Shown here piece by piece: positions 38,050 to 51,945 of a stretch of 64,000 nt of DNA (the stretch's first letter is position 1; each line of letters opens with the position of its first letter). The DNA lies in contig NC_086097.1 of NCBI RefSeq assembly GCF_963921235.1, forward strand, positions 153,328,001-153,392,000, in the 5' to 3' direction. The notes beneath the pieces were generated by a model. It ran no database searches, was not told the origin of the DNA, and saw only the letters and a list, made by a program, of their open reading frames with translations. The translations under genes and the position numbers were made by a program. The stretch comes from Mobula hypostoma (taxonomy: Eukaryota).

Positions 38050-39340
38050 GAAGGGTTAGCAACCACCTCAGGAGATGGCTGGGGCTGCCAAAGAGCCTGA
38101 GCAGCATCGCACTCTATGGACACAACAACAAACTGCAACTCCCCTTCAAATCCTTGGAGGAAGAATTCAAGGTAACAAGAGCCAGAGAAGTGCTACAGTA
38201 TAGGGACTCAAGTGACCCGAATGTGGCTACAGCAGGGATCCAAGTAAGGGCTGGCGGGAAGTGGAGGGCAGAGGAAGCTGTTCAGGAGGCACAGGCGAGG
38301 CTGCGTCACAGGAGGCTGGTGGGAGTGGTCACACGAGGCCAAGCTAGGATCCTTTCCAACTCCCCAAATGGACACCAGAGGGAAGGAAAGGCGTCGTCTA
38401 GTTCAGGAGGAGGTGAGAGCAGTAGTGGAGGAGATGAGAACCTGCAAGGCGGTGGGAATGAAGCAACAGGGAGCTTGGACAAGATGGGAGAATGCGGTTG
38501 AGAGGAAAATGACCTGGGCTGATCTTTGGAAAGCCGAACCACACCGCATCCAATTTCTCATCCAGGCAGTGTACGATGTGCTTCCAAGCCCATCAAACCT
38601 GCACACATGGGGCAAGGCAGAATCATCTGCGTGCCCACTGTGCTCCAAGCGAGGAACCCTCGAGCACATCCTCAGCGGCTGTGCAAGGGCACTTGGTGAG
38701 GGACGGTACAGGTGGAGGCATGATCAGGTCCTGACAACCATCCCTGAAGCCGTCAGTGCCGGAGTTGAGTGGGCGAAGCGGTCCCGACCCTCCAAGCAGA
38801 CCATTGCCTTTGTCAGAGCTGGGGAGCAGCCAATACCTGCCAAAAGAACATCTGCAGGCATTCTGACCTCTGCAAAGAACTGACAGCTGTTGGTGGACCT
38901 CGAAGGGCAGCTGAAGTTCCCCAACCATATCGCAGCCACCACCCTGCGACCAGACATTGTCCTAGTGTCTGAGTCAACTAAGCAAGTGGTGCTGCTGGAG
39001 CTGACAGTCCCATGGGGAGATAGCTTGGAAGAGGCCTTTGAAAGGAAGCTCTCCAAGTATGCAGGACTGGTCAGCAACTGGCCTCGAGGGAGAGAGGAAG
39101 AGGAGAGCCATCCGCAGTACCACTGATGCGGCAGAGAGGGCCTCAAGATGGCTGTGGCTCAAAAGAGGGGAGCCATGGAGTCATAAGTAGCTAGCCATCT
39201 GGACACAAGCTGGGGTCTGATCAGACTCGGCTGGGTCACCTGGAGGAGGTTGTATGATGTTGAAAGACCTGAAACACCCGATGATTCCAGGAACATCACT
39301 GAAGATGTGTCCAGAAGCATCAATAGATGTATGTACACAG
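38050..39340 (+). mobile_element. 5'-truncated Hero-type REL non-LTR retrotransposon
   Basis: CPLCSKRGTLEHILSGC zinc knuckle; RYRWRHDQVL; LRPDIVLVS...LLELTVPW (PD-(D/E)xK nuclease); frameshifts and a deletion. Confidence 0.92.
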
Positions 39341-40049
39341 CTTGGACAAAATAGTTCAAAAATTCCAAAAATTAGGATGAGTCTTCCAAAACTGAACTCC
39401 AAAGAGTATGTCATCAAATTTACTTCCGAAGTCCAGCAGGGTTTACCATCTCCGTATCAAAATGAAGTAAGCATGTTAGAAACAATTACTGTTGTACATA
39501 TATGAGTCATAATTTCCCCAATATTACACCCCTAATGTTTGTAATTTCAAGGTGCTCTTGTTTTTACTGTTATAATGGTAGGCTGTGGTGTCACAGGAGG
39601 TGGCATCCCACTGTGCTGAATGGAAATGGCTGTGGTAACTCACTTAATTCATTATTAGAAAATGTTCTTTGTGTAAGCAGGCACTGAGTTTAATATGATG
39701 AACATCATGGGTCATTGCTTCCAATGCCTCTAAAAGACACAAAACTGCTAAACATCACGTTATTTTTATTGGGTCTAATGGGGTCATTGGAATGAAATGT
39801 GTTGCTGATAAAAAGTCACATTAGGAAAACAACTGTCACATTCTAAGAACTGCACATGGGCTTGATACAATTACTATGTTTTGTCTTTAGCAATGCTTGT
39901 ATATTTATTTTGATGTTTTTTTTAATTTTCTCCTTTGCCTCATTCCTAAAAAAAATGTGTAAATGTGAGATAAGAAATTTCAGTGACCAGTTAATTACCC
40001 TGAACAGAAAATTCTTGGCATATCTTTCCACTTTACAGGTACTTGAGTA

Positions 40050-43000
40050 ACTGGGACAATATCAAGAGGTCGAAGAGAGCTAGTCCGAGCCTGGCCTCAG
40101 CGTATCATCGTTCCACCCCCCACAATCAAGGACTATGACCAGTCTATCTCCTGATCAGGATCCTCTCAAGTTCATACAAATCGGCCGCATAAGAATCTTT
40201 ACCAAAGAGAGGTTTCGGAGTTGAAGATGCACTCATTATCGCAGGGAAGTGGGTCACATGTGGGCCGAAAGCCCAAAGCTACAGCTGTCAGAAAAATTGT
40301 TCAAACCGTCCAGTGTCGGGAGAACTGTGACAGTAGCAGCCGTTAACCCCAAACTCACAGATTCTGGTGTCAAGCTGAAGGCAGAGATCCCCTGGGGTAT
40401 GAGCTGGTGAAAGGTGAATGCTTTTTGGACTCTGGGGCAGCTGGAAATTTTCTGGACTGGAGACTGTCTGTCGGCTCAACATGGGAGCCGAGCCAGCTTA
40501 TGCCTGCAACTGTTGTAGATTGCTGTCCGCTTGGTTCTGTGCAGGTCCAGCGCAGACATTGGTCTTGCAGATGAGGATAGACGATCAAGAGGAAGACATC
40601 GGTTTCTGTATCACTGAGACTCCTCATATACCTCTGATCCTTGGGCACTCTTATCTGTCCCAGCATAACCCTTCCATGAACTGGTAGAAAGGGAGGATCA
40701 TTCCATGGTCCAGTCACTGCAAGAAGGTACTATGTGTGTTTGGCTAGATGTTCTGACCTCCAGACTCTCCTGAGACCAGAAGTCGACGAGGGGGCAGACT
40801 TCCGCTCAGAGTAACCTGGAGCCTTCAGGAAACCCAGTCCTGCCTTCACGGGAGGTCAAGCTGGCCTCAGCCAACAGACCCGTGTGAGTCCTGACCTGTC
40901 CAGTCAGGAGTGAGCTGCAACTAGATCTCTAGCTCAAGAGCAGCCCAAGGGGGTGCCCATGCAGTATGGAATTCTAGCACCTAAGCCAAAGGGCTCCAAC
41001 TCCCAGGTGCCATCTAAGGGGAAGGCTCCAAAATAGAGACCCTTGGAGTCTAGTCCCAGGATCATAGGGGCCTTTGGTAGGGCCTTTGATGCCAATCTCT
41101 GAAGTGACAGATGAGGATTTAGACTGTGATTTGGCTTCTATTTTCACTAAAGACTCTTGTGGACCTATGGGGGAGACTTTGAAGTCTGCCAGATCACCCC
41201 CACTACTGGCGGAGTCTCAGAACTTATCCTTGGAGGAAGGTTCAGGGGTAATTGCAACAGCCAAGCTGGTAGAAATCTCTTCCATCTACAAGGATTTGGA
41301 AGAGGTCTTCAGTAAGGGAAAGGCCTCAACTCTTCCACCGTAATGAACCTACAACCGTGCAATACATCTACAGCCAGGTATATGTCCTCCGCGCGGTCAA
41401 TTATAGGCACTCTCAGGCCCAGCGAGAAATGCTATGGAGGAGTATATAAAGGAGGCTCTTGTCCTGGGATTCTTTCGGCCCTCCACCTCTCCAGCCGGCG
41501 CTGACTTTTTCTTTGTACAGAAGAAGGATGGGAGCCTGTGGCCTTGCATTGACTAAAGAAGACTAAATCACATAATGATCAAGAATCGTTACCCTCTTCC
41601 ATTCATGAATACTGCTTTCGAAATTCTCCAAGGGGGAAGAGTATTCACGAAGCTGGACTTGCAGATTGCATACACACATAAAGGAGGGTGATGTGTCGGA
41701 GAAGGCATTCAGCACAACAACAGGGCACTATGAGCACCTGTTCGGGCCCTTTGGCATTGTGAACATGCCAGCAGTTTTCCAGGCCTCTATAAATGACGTG
41801 CTCCGGGATGTTCTCCATAAGTACTCCTTCACTTACTTGGATGACATTCTAATTTTGTCAAAGTTCATGGAGGAGTAGGTCGTTCACGTCAGAAATATCC
41901 TAAAGAGGCTCTTGATCACGGACTTTACATCAAGCTGAAGAAGTCCAAATTTCACTAAATCACTATTTCCTTTTTAGGCTTCATCATCTCTAATGGCAGT
42001 AAGATGCTGGCAGTAGGAGATTGGCAACCACCATCCAGTGTGAATCAGGTCCAACAATTCCTGGGATTTACCTACTTTTACTGTAAGTCCTTCAGGACCT
42101 TTAACTCAGTGGTGGCTCTGCAGACAGCACTAATGGGCCCTTTTGTTTGGACTACCGAAGTGAGGCTGCCTTCGCAGAGCTTAAACAGTGGCTCATGACA
42201 GATCGCATGTTAGTTGAACCTAACCCGGACCTTCCCTTTATTGTGGAGGTGGACGCTTGGACATCAGAGTAGGTGCAGTGTTGTCTCAACGACACCTTCG
42301 GGCAATAAACTGCACCCGTGTGCATTCTTTTCCAGGTGGCTATCCCCAGCAGAGGTGAACTATGACATTGGGAATCTGAAGCTTCTTGTGGTTAAGTTAG
42401 CTTTGGAGGAATGGCGGCACTGGCTAGAGGGGACCAAGAAATCTTTTATCATTTGGACAGACCACAAGAACCTTGCTAATACTCAGGAGGCCAAGAGGCT
42501 GAATTCCAGGCAGGTCAGGTGGTCATTGTTCTTTAACCCCTTTAATTTCATCCTGACCTATCGTCCTGGGTCAAAGAACCAAAGCCAGATGCCTTGTCCC
42601 ATCAGTTTGATGAATTAGAACAAGAAGAGTCACATACCACCATTTTCCTCCAAACCAAGGTGGTAGTGCCAATTCATTGGTGAATTGATGTTCTTGTCTG
42701 TAGGGCCCAAGCACAAGGGGAGATTCCTAGGAATGGTCCTCTGGTTTAGCTCCTTCTCACAAGTTCCGTCCAGTCCAAGGCACTCCAATTGGGACATTCA
42801 TCAAGAACAACCACTCACCCAGGGATTGCCAGGACCCTTGAGTTTATCAAGAAGAGGTTCTGGTGGCCTGGAATAATGAAGGAAGTTGACAGTACTTGCA
42901 GGCATGCAATGTATACAACTGGAACAAGCAGCTCTGTACCCAACCTCAAGGGCATCTCCAACCCCGACCTAATTCAAACAGACCATGGACTTTGATACGG

Positions 43001-45757
43001 GTCTTTCTCCTTCCAAGGCGAAGATTTATATCATGGTAATCGTGGATCATTTCTCGAAGGCCTGCCACCTCATTGCTTTGGATGGACTGCCATCTGTGGT
43101 GAAAATGACTGAAATTGTGCTACACCAGGTCTCAGGATCCATGATTTTCAAGTGGACATTGTGTCAGATTGCAATCAACAAATTGCATTACTTTTCTGGA
43201 GGACATTTTGCAAACTGATTGAGGCAACAGTAAGTCTTTCCTCTGGATTTCGCCCACAAAGGCCAGATGGAGTGAGTGAACCAAAATCTGGAACAAACTC
43301 TAAGGTGCCTACCTCTGAAAGACCGTACGAGTGGAGTGAACCATTTGATGTGGGCAGATGTCGCCCAAAATACTTTATGGCACACAGGATGCCTCCTGAA
43401 TTCCAATTTGGGTATTCTCCACTATTCCTTCTGGAACAAGAGGCCGAGGTCTCAACCAATGCTGCAAGCAAAAATGGTTTTGGACAAGAGAGATTTTGCT
43501 GGACTCTACCCAAAAAGTAGAAGCAAAGTGAACCAAAAGAGAAGACAGGGACCTCATTTACAGCCTGAGCAACATGTCTGGCTGTCCACTCAAGTCAAGT
43601 CCAGTCACTTTTCATTGTCATTTCAACCATAACTGCTGAGACAGTACACAGTAAAAATGAGACAACGTTTTTCAGGACCATGGTGCTACATGAAACTACA
43701 AAATCTACACTGAACTACGTAAAACAACACAAAAACTACACTAGACTACAGACCTACCCAGGACTGCATAAAGTGCACAAAACAGCGCAGGCATTACAAT
43801 AAATAATAAACAAGACAATAGGCACAGTAGAGAGCAGTAGGTTGGTGTCAGTCCAGGCTCTGGGTATTGATGAGTCTGATGGTTTGGGGGAAGAAACTGT
43901 TACATAGTCTGGTCATGAGAGCCCGAATGCTTCGGTGCCTTTTGCCAGATGCCAGGAGGGAGAAGAGTTTGTATGAGGGGTGTGTGTGGTCCTTCATAAT
44001 GCTGTTTGCTTTGCAGATGCAGCGTGTGGTGTAAATGTCTGTAATAGTGGGAAGAGAGACCCGGATAATCTTCTCAGCTGACCTCACTATCCACTGCAGG
44101 GTCTTGCGATCCGAGATGGTGCAATTTCCGAACCAGGCAGTGATGCAGCTGCTCAGGATGCTCTCAGTACAACCTCTGTAGAATGTGGTGAGGATGGGGG
44201 GGTTGGGAGACAGACTTTTCTCAGCCTTCGCAGAAAGTAGAGATGCTGCTGGGCTTTCTTTGCTATGGAGCTGGTGTTGAGGGACCAGGTGAGATTCTCT
44301 GCCAGGTGAACACCAAGAAATTTGGTGCTCTTGAAGATCTCTACGGAGGAGTCGTCGATGTTCAGCGGAGAGTTGTCACTCCATGTCCTCCTGAAGTCAA
44401 CAACCATCTCTTTTGTTTTGTTCACATTCAGTGACAGGTTGTTGGCTCTGCACCAGTCCATTAGCCGCTGCACCTCCTCTCTGTATGCTGACTCATCGTT
44501 CTTGCTGATGGAACCCACAACGATCGTGTCATCGGCAAACTTGATGATGTGCTTTGAGCTGTGTGTTGCAGCACAGTCGTGGGTCAGCAGAGTGAACAGC
44601 AGTGGACTGAGCACACAGCCCTGGGGGGCTCCCATGCTCAGTGTGATGGTGTTGGAGATGCTGCTTCCGATCCGGACTGACTGAGGTCTCCCAGTCAGGA
44701 AGTCTAGGATCCAGTTGCAGAGTGAGGTGTTCAGGCCCAGTAGGCTCAGCTTTCCAATCAGTTTCTGAGGAATGATTGTGTTGAATGCTGAACTGAAGTC
44801 TATGAACAGCATTCAAATGTACGTGCGTTTTTTGTCCAGGTGGGTTAGGGCCAGGTGGAGAATGATGGCAATGGCGTCAACTGTTGAACGGTTGGTACGG
44901 TACGCGAACTGCAGGGGGTCCATTGAGGGGGACAGCAGGGTCTTGATGTGCCTCATGACGAGCCTCTCGAAACACTTCATGATGATGGATGTGAGTGCAA
45001 CGGGACGGTAGTCATTGAGGCAGGACACTGAAGATTTCTTCAGCACGGGGACGATGTCTGCCTCTCTGAGTGGAGCAGAGAAAATTGGCATCCAGGTTCT
45101 TTGGACCCTTCAGGATTCTCAGGAAAATAAACCCAGTGTCTTACACCTTGCAGCTCCCCAAGACCCTCAGGATCAATCCCACTTTCCACGTTTCCAAATT
45201 AAATCTGGTGAACACTAGCCCCACCACTATCAGCCCGTCGCCACCCATGACGGTGAACAGGTTTTCATTGTGAGGAGAATTTTGGACTTGGGTACTGTTT
45301 GAGGTATTCGGCAATATCTTGTGGACTAGGAACGATTCCGACTGGAGGAGAAGTGCAGACATCTTGGCTCTTTCCATGACTACAATCATTGTCTCTCCAA
45401 GCAGTCAGGGCCATCAGGAGTCAACCACAGGGGAGGGTGTCCTGTTACAATACGCACCCAACGCATCCATGCCAGCTTCTGAGGTTCAGACGCTCTAACT
45501 CCCGGTGTATGGATAGCTGCCATAACCCCTTTAAAGATTCCGGACAGTCCTGCTAACTGGCAATCATGTTTTGGGTGCAAAGGATTTAAGCATCTCTTTA
45601 ACTGAGATTCAGGGCTCATTCGTAAGCCCACTCTGATTTTGTCTAGTGTTTGTTTGGTGCTCTGATTCTTGATCCTGTTTGAAACCATGTCTCAATCCTA
45701 GCCTCAGATACTCCATCATTTGGGTCTAAGCCATGCTGGTCAAGGACTCTTGTCACA
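40050..45757 (+). mobile_element. Decayed chromovirus Gypsy (Tf2/sushi-like); 5' LTR not seen
   Basis: Protease LDSGAAGNF, RT YLDDILI, RNase [16 protein letters not shown], integrase HPGIART..FWWP and MDF, GPF motif, chromodomain remnant; PPT then 3' LTR 45443-45757 (TGTTACA...TGTCACA). Confidence 0.92.
43591..45052 (-). mobile_element. Relatively young Rex1/Babar LINE inserted in the Gypsy integrase
   Basis: 219-aa RT ORF with [10 protein letters not shown] and KFADDT; (acttg)n tail; the host reads VWLSTQ on one side and [11 protein letters not shown] on the other. Confidence 0.95.
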
Positions 45758-46327
45758 CATACAATCAATAGAAATTCATTTGGACTGGTCTTTTGACCAA
45801 AATTCAGCATAAAACTTTAGTAAGTGCAGTCCATTTCAAGTCTTATGGTTTGTGCTATGACCAATCACCAAATGTGACTAAAAATGATTTGCCCTGGATT
45901 GATGGATTGAAGTGAGATAAATTCCTACAACCACCAACTAACTCAATTTCACCTTTCTCTCTCTCTTCTTTATACAGGCTGTTTTCCTTCACCACTCTCA
46001 TTGCCAATGGAAGTTCTTGATCTGAAAAATCAACAATCCCTTTCTACCCACAAATGCTGTTTAACACACTGAGCTCTTTCAGTATATTGTTGTTGCTCCA
46101 TCTGTGGTCTTGCATGTCATTATTTTGCTGATGTAGTTCTGTCTGCAGTATTAGAAATAAGTAGGGCTAATTAGATTTACAAGTTGCTCACCTGAATAAG
46201 TAGTGGACTGAGTCATGGAGTTACCTTGTCATATGACACAGAAACAGACCCTTCAGCCTACTAACTTCATACCAACCATCATGTACGTATCTATGCTAAT
46301 CATATTTGGCACATAGAGTTTTGTTTA

Positions 46328-46785
46328 AGACATAGGAGCAGAATTAGGCCACTCAGCCCTTTGAGTCTGCTCCACCATTCCATCATGGCTGATCCTGGAT
46401 CCCACTCAACCCCGTACACCTGCCTCTCACCAGATCCTTTGATGCCCTGACCTGTCAGGAAATGATCAACTTCCACCTTAAGTATATTCAAGGAATTGGC
46501 CTCCAACACAGTCTGTAGCAGAGGATTTCACAGATTTACTACTCCCTGCCTAAAATAATTCCTCCTTACCTCTGTTCTATAGGGTCTCCCCTCAATTTTG
46601 AGTTTGTGCTGTCTAGCTCTGGACACCCCCACCATAGGAAGCATCCTCTCCACATCCACCTTATCTCGTTCTTTTAACATTTGGTAAGTTGCAATGAGAT
46701 CCCCTGCATACTTCTCAATTCCGGTGAGTACAGGCCCAGAGCTTCCAAATGCTTCTCATACGTTAACCCCTTCATTCCTGGAATG
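46328..46785 (-). mobile_element. CR1 3' fragment
   Basis: LEANSLNILKVEVDHFL; cataggagcagaattaggcc tail. Confidence 0.85.
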
Positions 46786-46844
46786 AAGGTTCCTAGAGTT
46801 CAACTATGGGTATGTCAGGTTCTCATCTAGGTACTTTATATACT

Positions 46845-47665
46845 TTATACTTTTTTGTCGCCAAACAATTGATACTAGAGCGTACAATCATTACAGTGAT
46901 ATTTGATTCTGCGCTTCGCGCTCCCTGGATTACAAATCAATGGTAAATATTAAAAATTTTATTTATAAATCATAAATAGAAAATAGAAAAGGGGAAGTAA
47001 GGTAGTGCAAAAAAACTGAGAGGCAGGTCCGGATATTTGGAGGGTACGGCCCAGATCGGGGTCAGGATCTGTTCAGCAGTCTTATCACAGTTGGAAAGAA
47101 GCTGTTCCCAAATCTGGCTGTACGAGTCTTCAAGCTACTGAGCCTTCTCCCGGAGGGAAGAGGGACATAAAGTGTGTTGGCTGAGTGGGTCGTGTCCTTG
47201 ATTATCCTGGCAGCACTGCTCCGACAGCATGCAGTGTAAAGTGAGTCCAAGGATGGAAGATTGGTTTGTGTGATGTGCTGGGCTATGTTCACAATCTTCT
47301 GCAGCTTCTTCCGGTCTTGGACAGGACAACTTCCATACCAGGTTGTGATGCACCCTAGAAGAATGCTTTCTACGATGCATCTATGAAAATTAGTGAGGGT
47401 TTTAGGGGACAGGACAAATTTCTTTAGCTTTCTCAGGAAGTAAAGGCACTGGTGGGCCTTCTTGACAGTGGACTCTGCGTGGTTGGACCAAGCCAGGTCA
47501 TTTGTGATATTGACCCCGAGGAGCTTAAAGCTTTTGACCTCTTCCATTTGCACACCTCCAATGTAAATAGGGTCGTGTGGTCCGCTACTCCTTCTGAAGT
47601 CAACAACCAATTCCTTCGTCTTGCTGACATTGAGGGATAGGGTACTGTCTTTGCACCATGCCACC
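46845..47665 (-). mobile_element. Rex1/Babar 3' fragment
   Basis: 200-aa [18 protein letters not shown]...NSFFPTVIRLLN. Confidence 0.92.
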
Positions 47666-49349
47666 TAAATGTTTTGAGAACATCTACCTCCATCCACTGA
47701 AAAAGTGCATTGTAGATTATAATCATATCTGGATGAAAACTTTTATTTCTCCTCTAAATCTCTCAAGCCTACGTCATTTAATTTTAGATACATCTGCAAT
47801 GGGGTAAAGGTTCCAACTATCGACCCTATCCACAGCACAGATAAGGTCACTGTCTGAGGCCCCTCCTCATATTACTAATAATTTGTCCCAAAAACTTAGT
47901 ACCAAGTGATAGACTATCTGAAGAACATAAAATGTTGGAAAATGAATCACTTACCCTCATTTATTGATGTGATAGCAGAGTCAGATGTATTGCCATGAAT
48001 GGGCACCCACTATATGATTGAATAGTGAAAATATAGGACAAAAAGGTAGCAAAAATACACAGTATCTTTCATAAGAATACTACAATAGACTATGCTGGAA
48101 TAGGATCCTTTGTAAATGTTCTGAGTGAGTTGCCAATAACAACTCTTCTCCAGATTATTTGCCTTTGACATTAATTTTAGAATTTTCATTTTGAAATAAA
48201 CTATTGAACATTTTGGTATATGCATTTTCCTGTCAGTATGCATATGAGCCAGAGCTACACTGAGAGATTTTGTGATTTTGAAAAGAGTACAAAGGAGACA
48301 CATTAGATGAATTGCCTGATTGAAGATTTTTGTCTCTCTGATGAACAGCATGCTATTGAGAAACTTAGAAATGAGATGACTTTATTGAAATATACAAAAT
48401 ATTTAAGTGCATTCAAGTTCAAGTAAATATGGACTGAGGACCATGCTCACAACTTATGGAAGGGTAATGCCATACATACACCAATTGATTCTTCCTTTCC
48501 AGGGAATATTATTAATGTGGGGACTGGATTATTGTACTCTACAATTAATGTTGTAGAATATTCTTAACTCCTCTAAGCAATAGCTATACAAGTAATGTGT
48601 GCCTGCTAGAATAAATTAGGATAAATTAGCTCTCTTAATGGAGTTGGAGAGTATTTTCAATACTGGTCTGGTAAGTTAATCAGAATTGTTGTCATTTTTT
48701 TGCAAACTGGGTCACGTCCATCCTAATGAGAACTTCCTGAACATATTGCATTAGCATTATTGGATATCTGGATATGTATTCTTCAATTCCTTATATTACA
48801 TTAAACATTTCAAAAATGTCTACACTCCAAAAGTCATTTATTAATAGGAAATTTTTACAAACAACCTGAGGCTATGAAAGGTGCATACATTCGTCTTTGG
48901 AATCTAAACATCATTAAACCATCATTATGATAATGACTGTTTCAGTACAACTCCAACATCTCATTTTAAGGGCATTCAGGGGTAATAGTTCCAGGTCTTA
49001 TCAGCATTATTTGGCTATTATGCCTCTTTGCATATGAAGATTAAATTTCCTAATTCATGTTATAGCTAACCTACAAAATAAGTTTAAGCTGAACATAACA
49101 TGGCACCTTGATTTTTCCCCTCTGTCTCTCTATGTAAATATTTAGAAACTTGTTTCAAAGACTTCTTCTAGCGCAACTATGTTGTTTGGTAAATCATTGA
49201 CTGAACCTGTAAATTTGAACAAATCAATTGCCCACTATTATCCTAATGTACCACCTATGCATTCAGATTTCCACGGCACCATCTAGAAGTTATCATGTTG
49301 TATGCCTCATTAGTGAAGCTGAGGCACAGATGTTTCATCCACCATTGAG

Positions 49350-49605
49350 AGTCACAGAGCAGTCAAACGTGGAAACATAGTGGCCATCAATCACCCATTT
49401 ACACACATCCTCCCACATCCTCATTGTCTATCTCCATATACTTGTCTATAAACTTGGGGTAATTTACATGTCTTTGGGACATGGGGTGAAACCAGAACAT
49501 CAGGAGGAATCCCACAGTGCAAACTCCATTCAGAAAACAACTGAGGTCAGGACTGAACCAGAATCTCAGGCACCTTAAGGTGGTAGCCATACCTGCTGTG
49601 TCACT
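49350..49605 (-). mobile_element. HE1/V-SINE-like SINE
   Basis: gaaaccagaacatcaggaggaatcccaca...gaggtcaggactgaacc. Confidence 0.65.
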
Positions 49606-51479
49606 CTGCCACCTGATGAAGATAGACAAAATCATATAGACTTATACGTTAGTCAAGCTTCTCTGTTTAGATTTACATGGCACTTGAGTATCCCTATAAA
49701 AAACCTGATCTTCAGACACATTTCCCTCTGTCTATCTTCACTTTCTGAAAGGATCATCTTGCTAAAAAATATGAAACCCTACTTGCTAAAAAATATTCTC
49801 CAAGTCATCCTTAACAGTTTGACTTCTCAATCTCATTTCATTTACTGCACTTTTGACTTCTCATAAGCATAAAGGGTATGGGTATTCTGCTCAGCTTTTG
49901 TAGATATGAATAATTCGGCCGTGTTTTAGTTGAAATTGATGAGCCACCAATGAAATAATTAGAATCTACAATATAAAAATACTCACTGCCTGGAAAATCC
50001 ATTTCATTAACTGTAAAGTAAAGTCAGAGCTAATGTTAAATGTGCCTACAATAATGATCTTTTAATATTACCTAAAGAGCTGAAAATACTAGTTTCACTG
50101 GGATGGATGTCATGGAGTAACCAACTATCCCATGCAAATTGCAGAGAAAATCACGCTTCAACAACTAATGTTGGTGATCTCAGTAATTTAGTAATGTGGT
50201 GATACGATACTAAATAATAATAGAAAATATTGAAAACACTCAGCATACCAGGGAGCACTTGTGTAATGAGAAGTGGATTAACCTTTGAGGTTTATCACAT
50301 TTCATTAAATGATGATCATCATTCTGAAAAATGCCAATGCTTCCCTGAATGAGTACAACTCCCACAACATGGCACCATTCAGATCGCATGAATGGCATGC
50401 CACTCACCATGCTCAATATTCACATCATTCACATTTATTTTACCCACAGACTGCATTCTACTCACCCAACAAAAACTCCCAAACCCATCAGGAGCAAGAG
50501 TCATTGAAGGTTGTATCACCCCCACCTGATTTGCAACTACATTACCATTCCTTTACTGCTCCAGATCTAATTTCTTTGCCCAAAAGTTAGGCGACCTTCA
50601 ACTTCACTGGGACAAGGAACTAGCTTTGTTTCAAGTATCTGCATTCCCAAAGTAATAAAAGTTTTCACCTATTTTATCTTCATGCTTTGCTGCATAACCC
50701 TGAATAAAAGAAGATTGCTTCCAGATCCCTGGTGTATAGTCCAATAACTTAGCTGAGATGTAGTCTGTGATAACCTTTATAATTTCCACAAAAATAATAT
50801 ATATGCTTCCATTGAGTAAATGAACTTTTTAAAAATATTTTATACTTATTAAGTGCCTCGTTAGCTACTTGAGAAGTGTTAAGGGATCATTATTACAGGT
50901 GCATTGTGATGGGCTGATTTTTTGCCGTTCAAGCTAATGAAATGATATAGCATGAAATCATTCAGTTACAGACAAAGTGCAGCAGCCATTTTGTCAATGG
51001 ATCATCAACTATTATACATTGTTTTACTTTTCCAACAAAAAATAAAATACTGTGATAATCCTTTGAAGATTCATAAGCAAGTTTCTCTCACTGTCACATT
51101 TTCAGCAACAATAAGTGTTTGTTTTCAACTGTATCGTTTGATAAATAAAATATTCCAAGATATGTTAGAAAGGTTTGACAGAAAGGGAATTAAAATTGGA
51201 TTCTGAAGAGAAGTTAACAACTGGTGACTGAAAACTTAATTGAAAATTGTATTTTATAAGGTAGATTGGGAGAAGTGAATTAGTGGAAGGTGAAGGAGTT
51301 TCACTGAGAGTGTTAGATTTGATGAAGACTCTGAAACCAAGTGTCTGACAAATGGAAATTCAAGACATGCAGAATGGAAAGCATAAGCAGAAAAGGTTCC
51401 AAAAACATTGTCAGTGCCACAGAATCTTTCTCGCTCTTTCTTGTAGTGCCACACTTCATCAAGGCAAATGGAGGACAGA

Positions 51480-51945
51480 ACACATTCTTTTTTATCGCTG
51501 GGAGATTGCTCTGCTGCCGGAGAGGAAGAGAGGAAGACTGTCTTTTTATCGCTGGTGAGCTCAATCTGCTACATAGTGGAGAGACTGCCTTTTTATCGCT
51601 GGTGAAATAGCTCTGCTACGGAGAGGGAGAATGTTGCCCAGATTTTCTGCATTTTGGATATGGGCTTGGACTGTGGACTTTTTTTCAGACTTACGGTTTT
51701 TTTTTGTATTCTGTGTTTTCCACCTGATCTTTCTCATTTTTTTTGTGTGCAGGGGAGGGAGATTAGGAGGTGGGTCAATGTGCTTGTTCCATTGTGTTCA
51801 TTTTCTTACGTGGGGAGGAGGGATTTGAGGGTTGGTGACTGTGCTACTGTTCTTTTCTTTCTTGGTTTTGTGGCTGTCTGGAGAAGAAGAATTTTGGAGC
51901 TGTATACTTTGATGATAAATGAACCTTTGAACCTTTGGATCTTTG
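51480..51945 (+). mobile_element. Non-coding element with a Rex1-like tail and three imperfect internal repeats
   Basis: tttttatcgctgg three times; ends in ataaatgaacctttgaacctttg. Confidence 0.55.
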
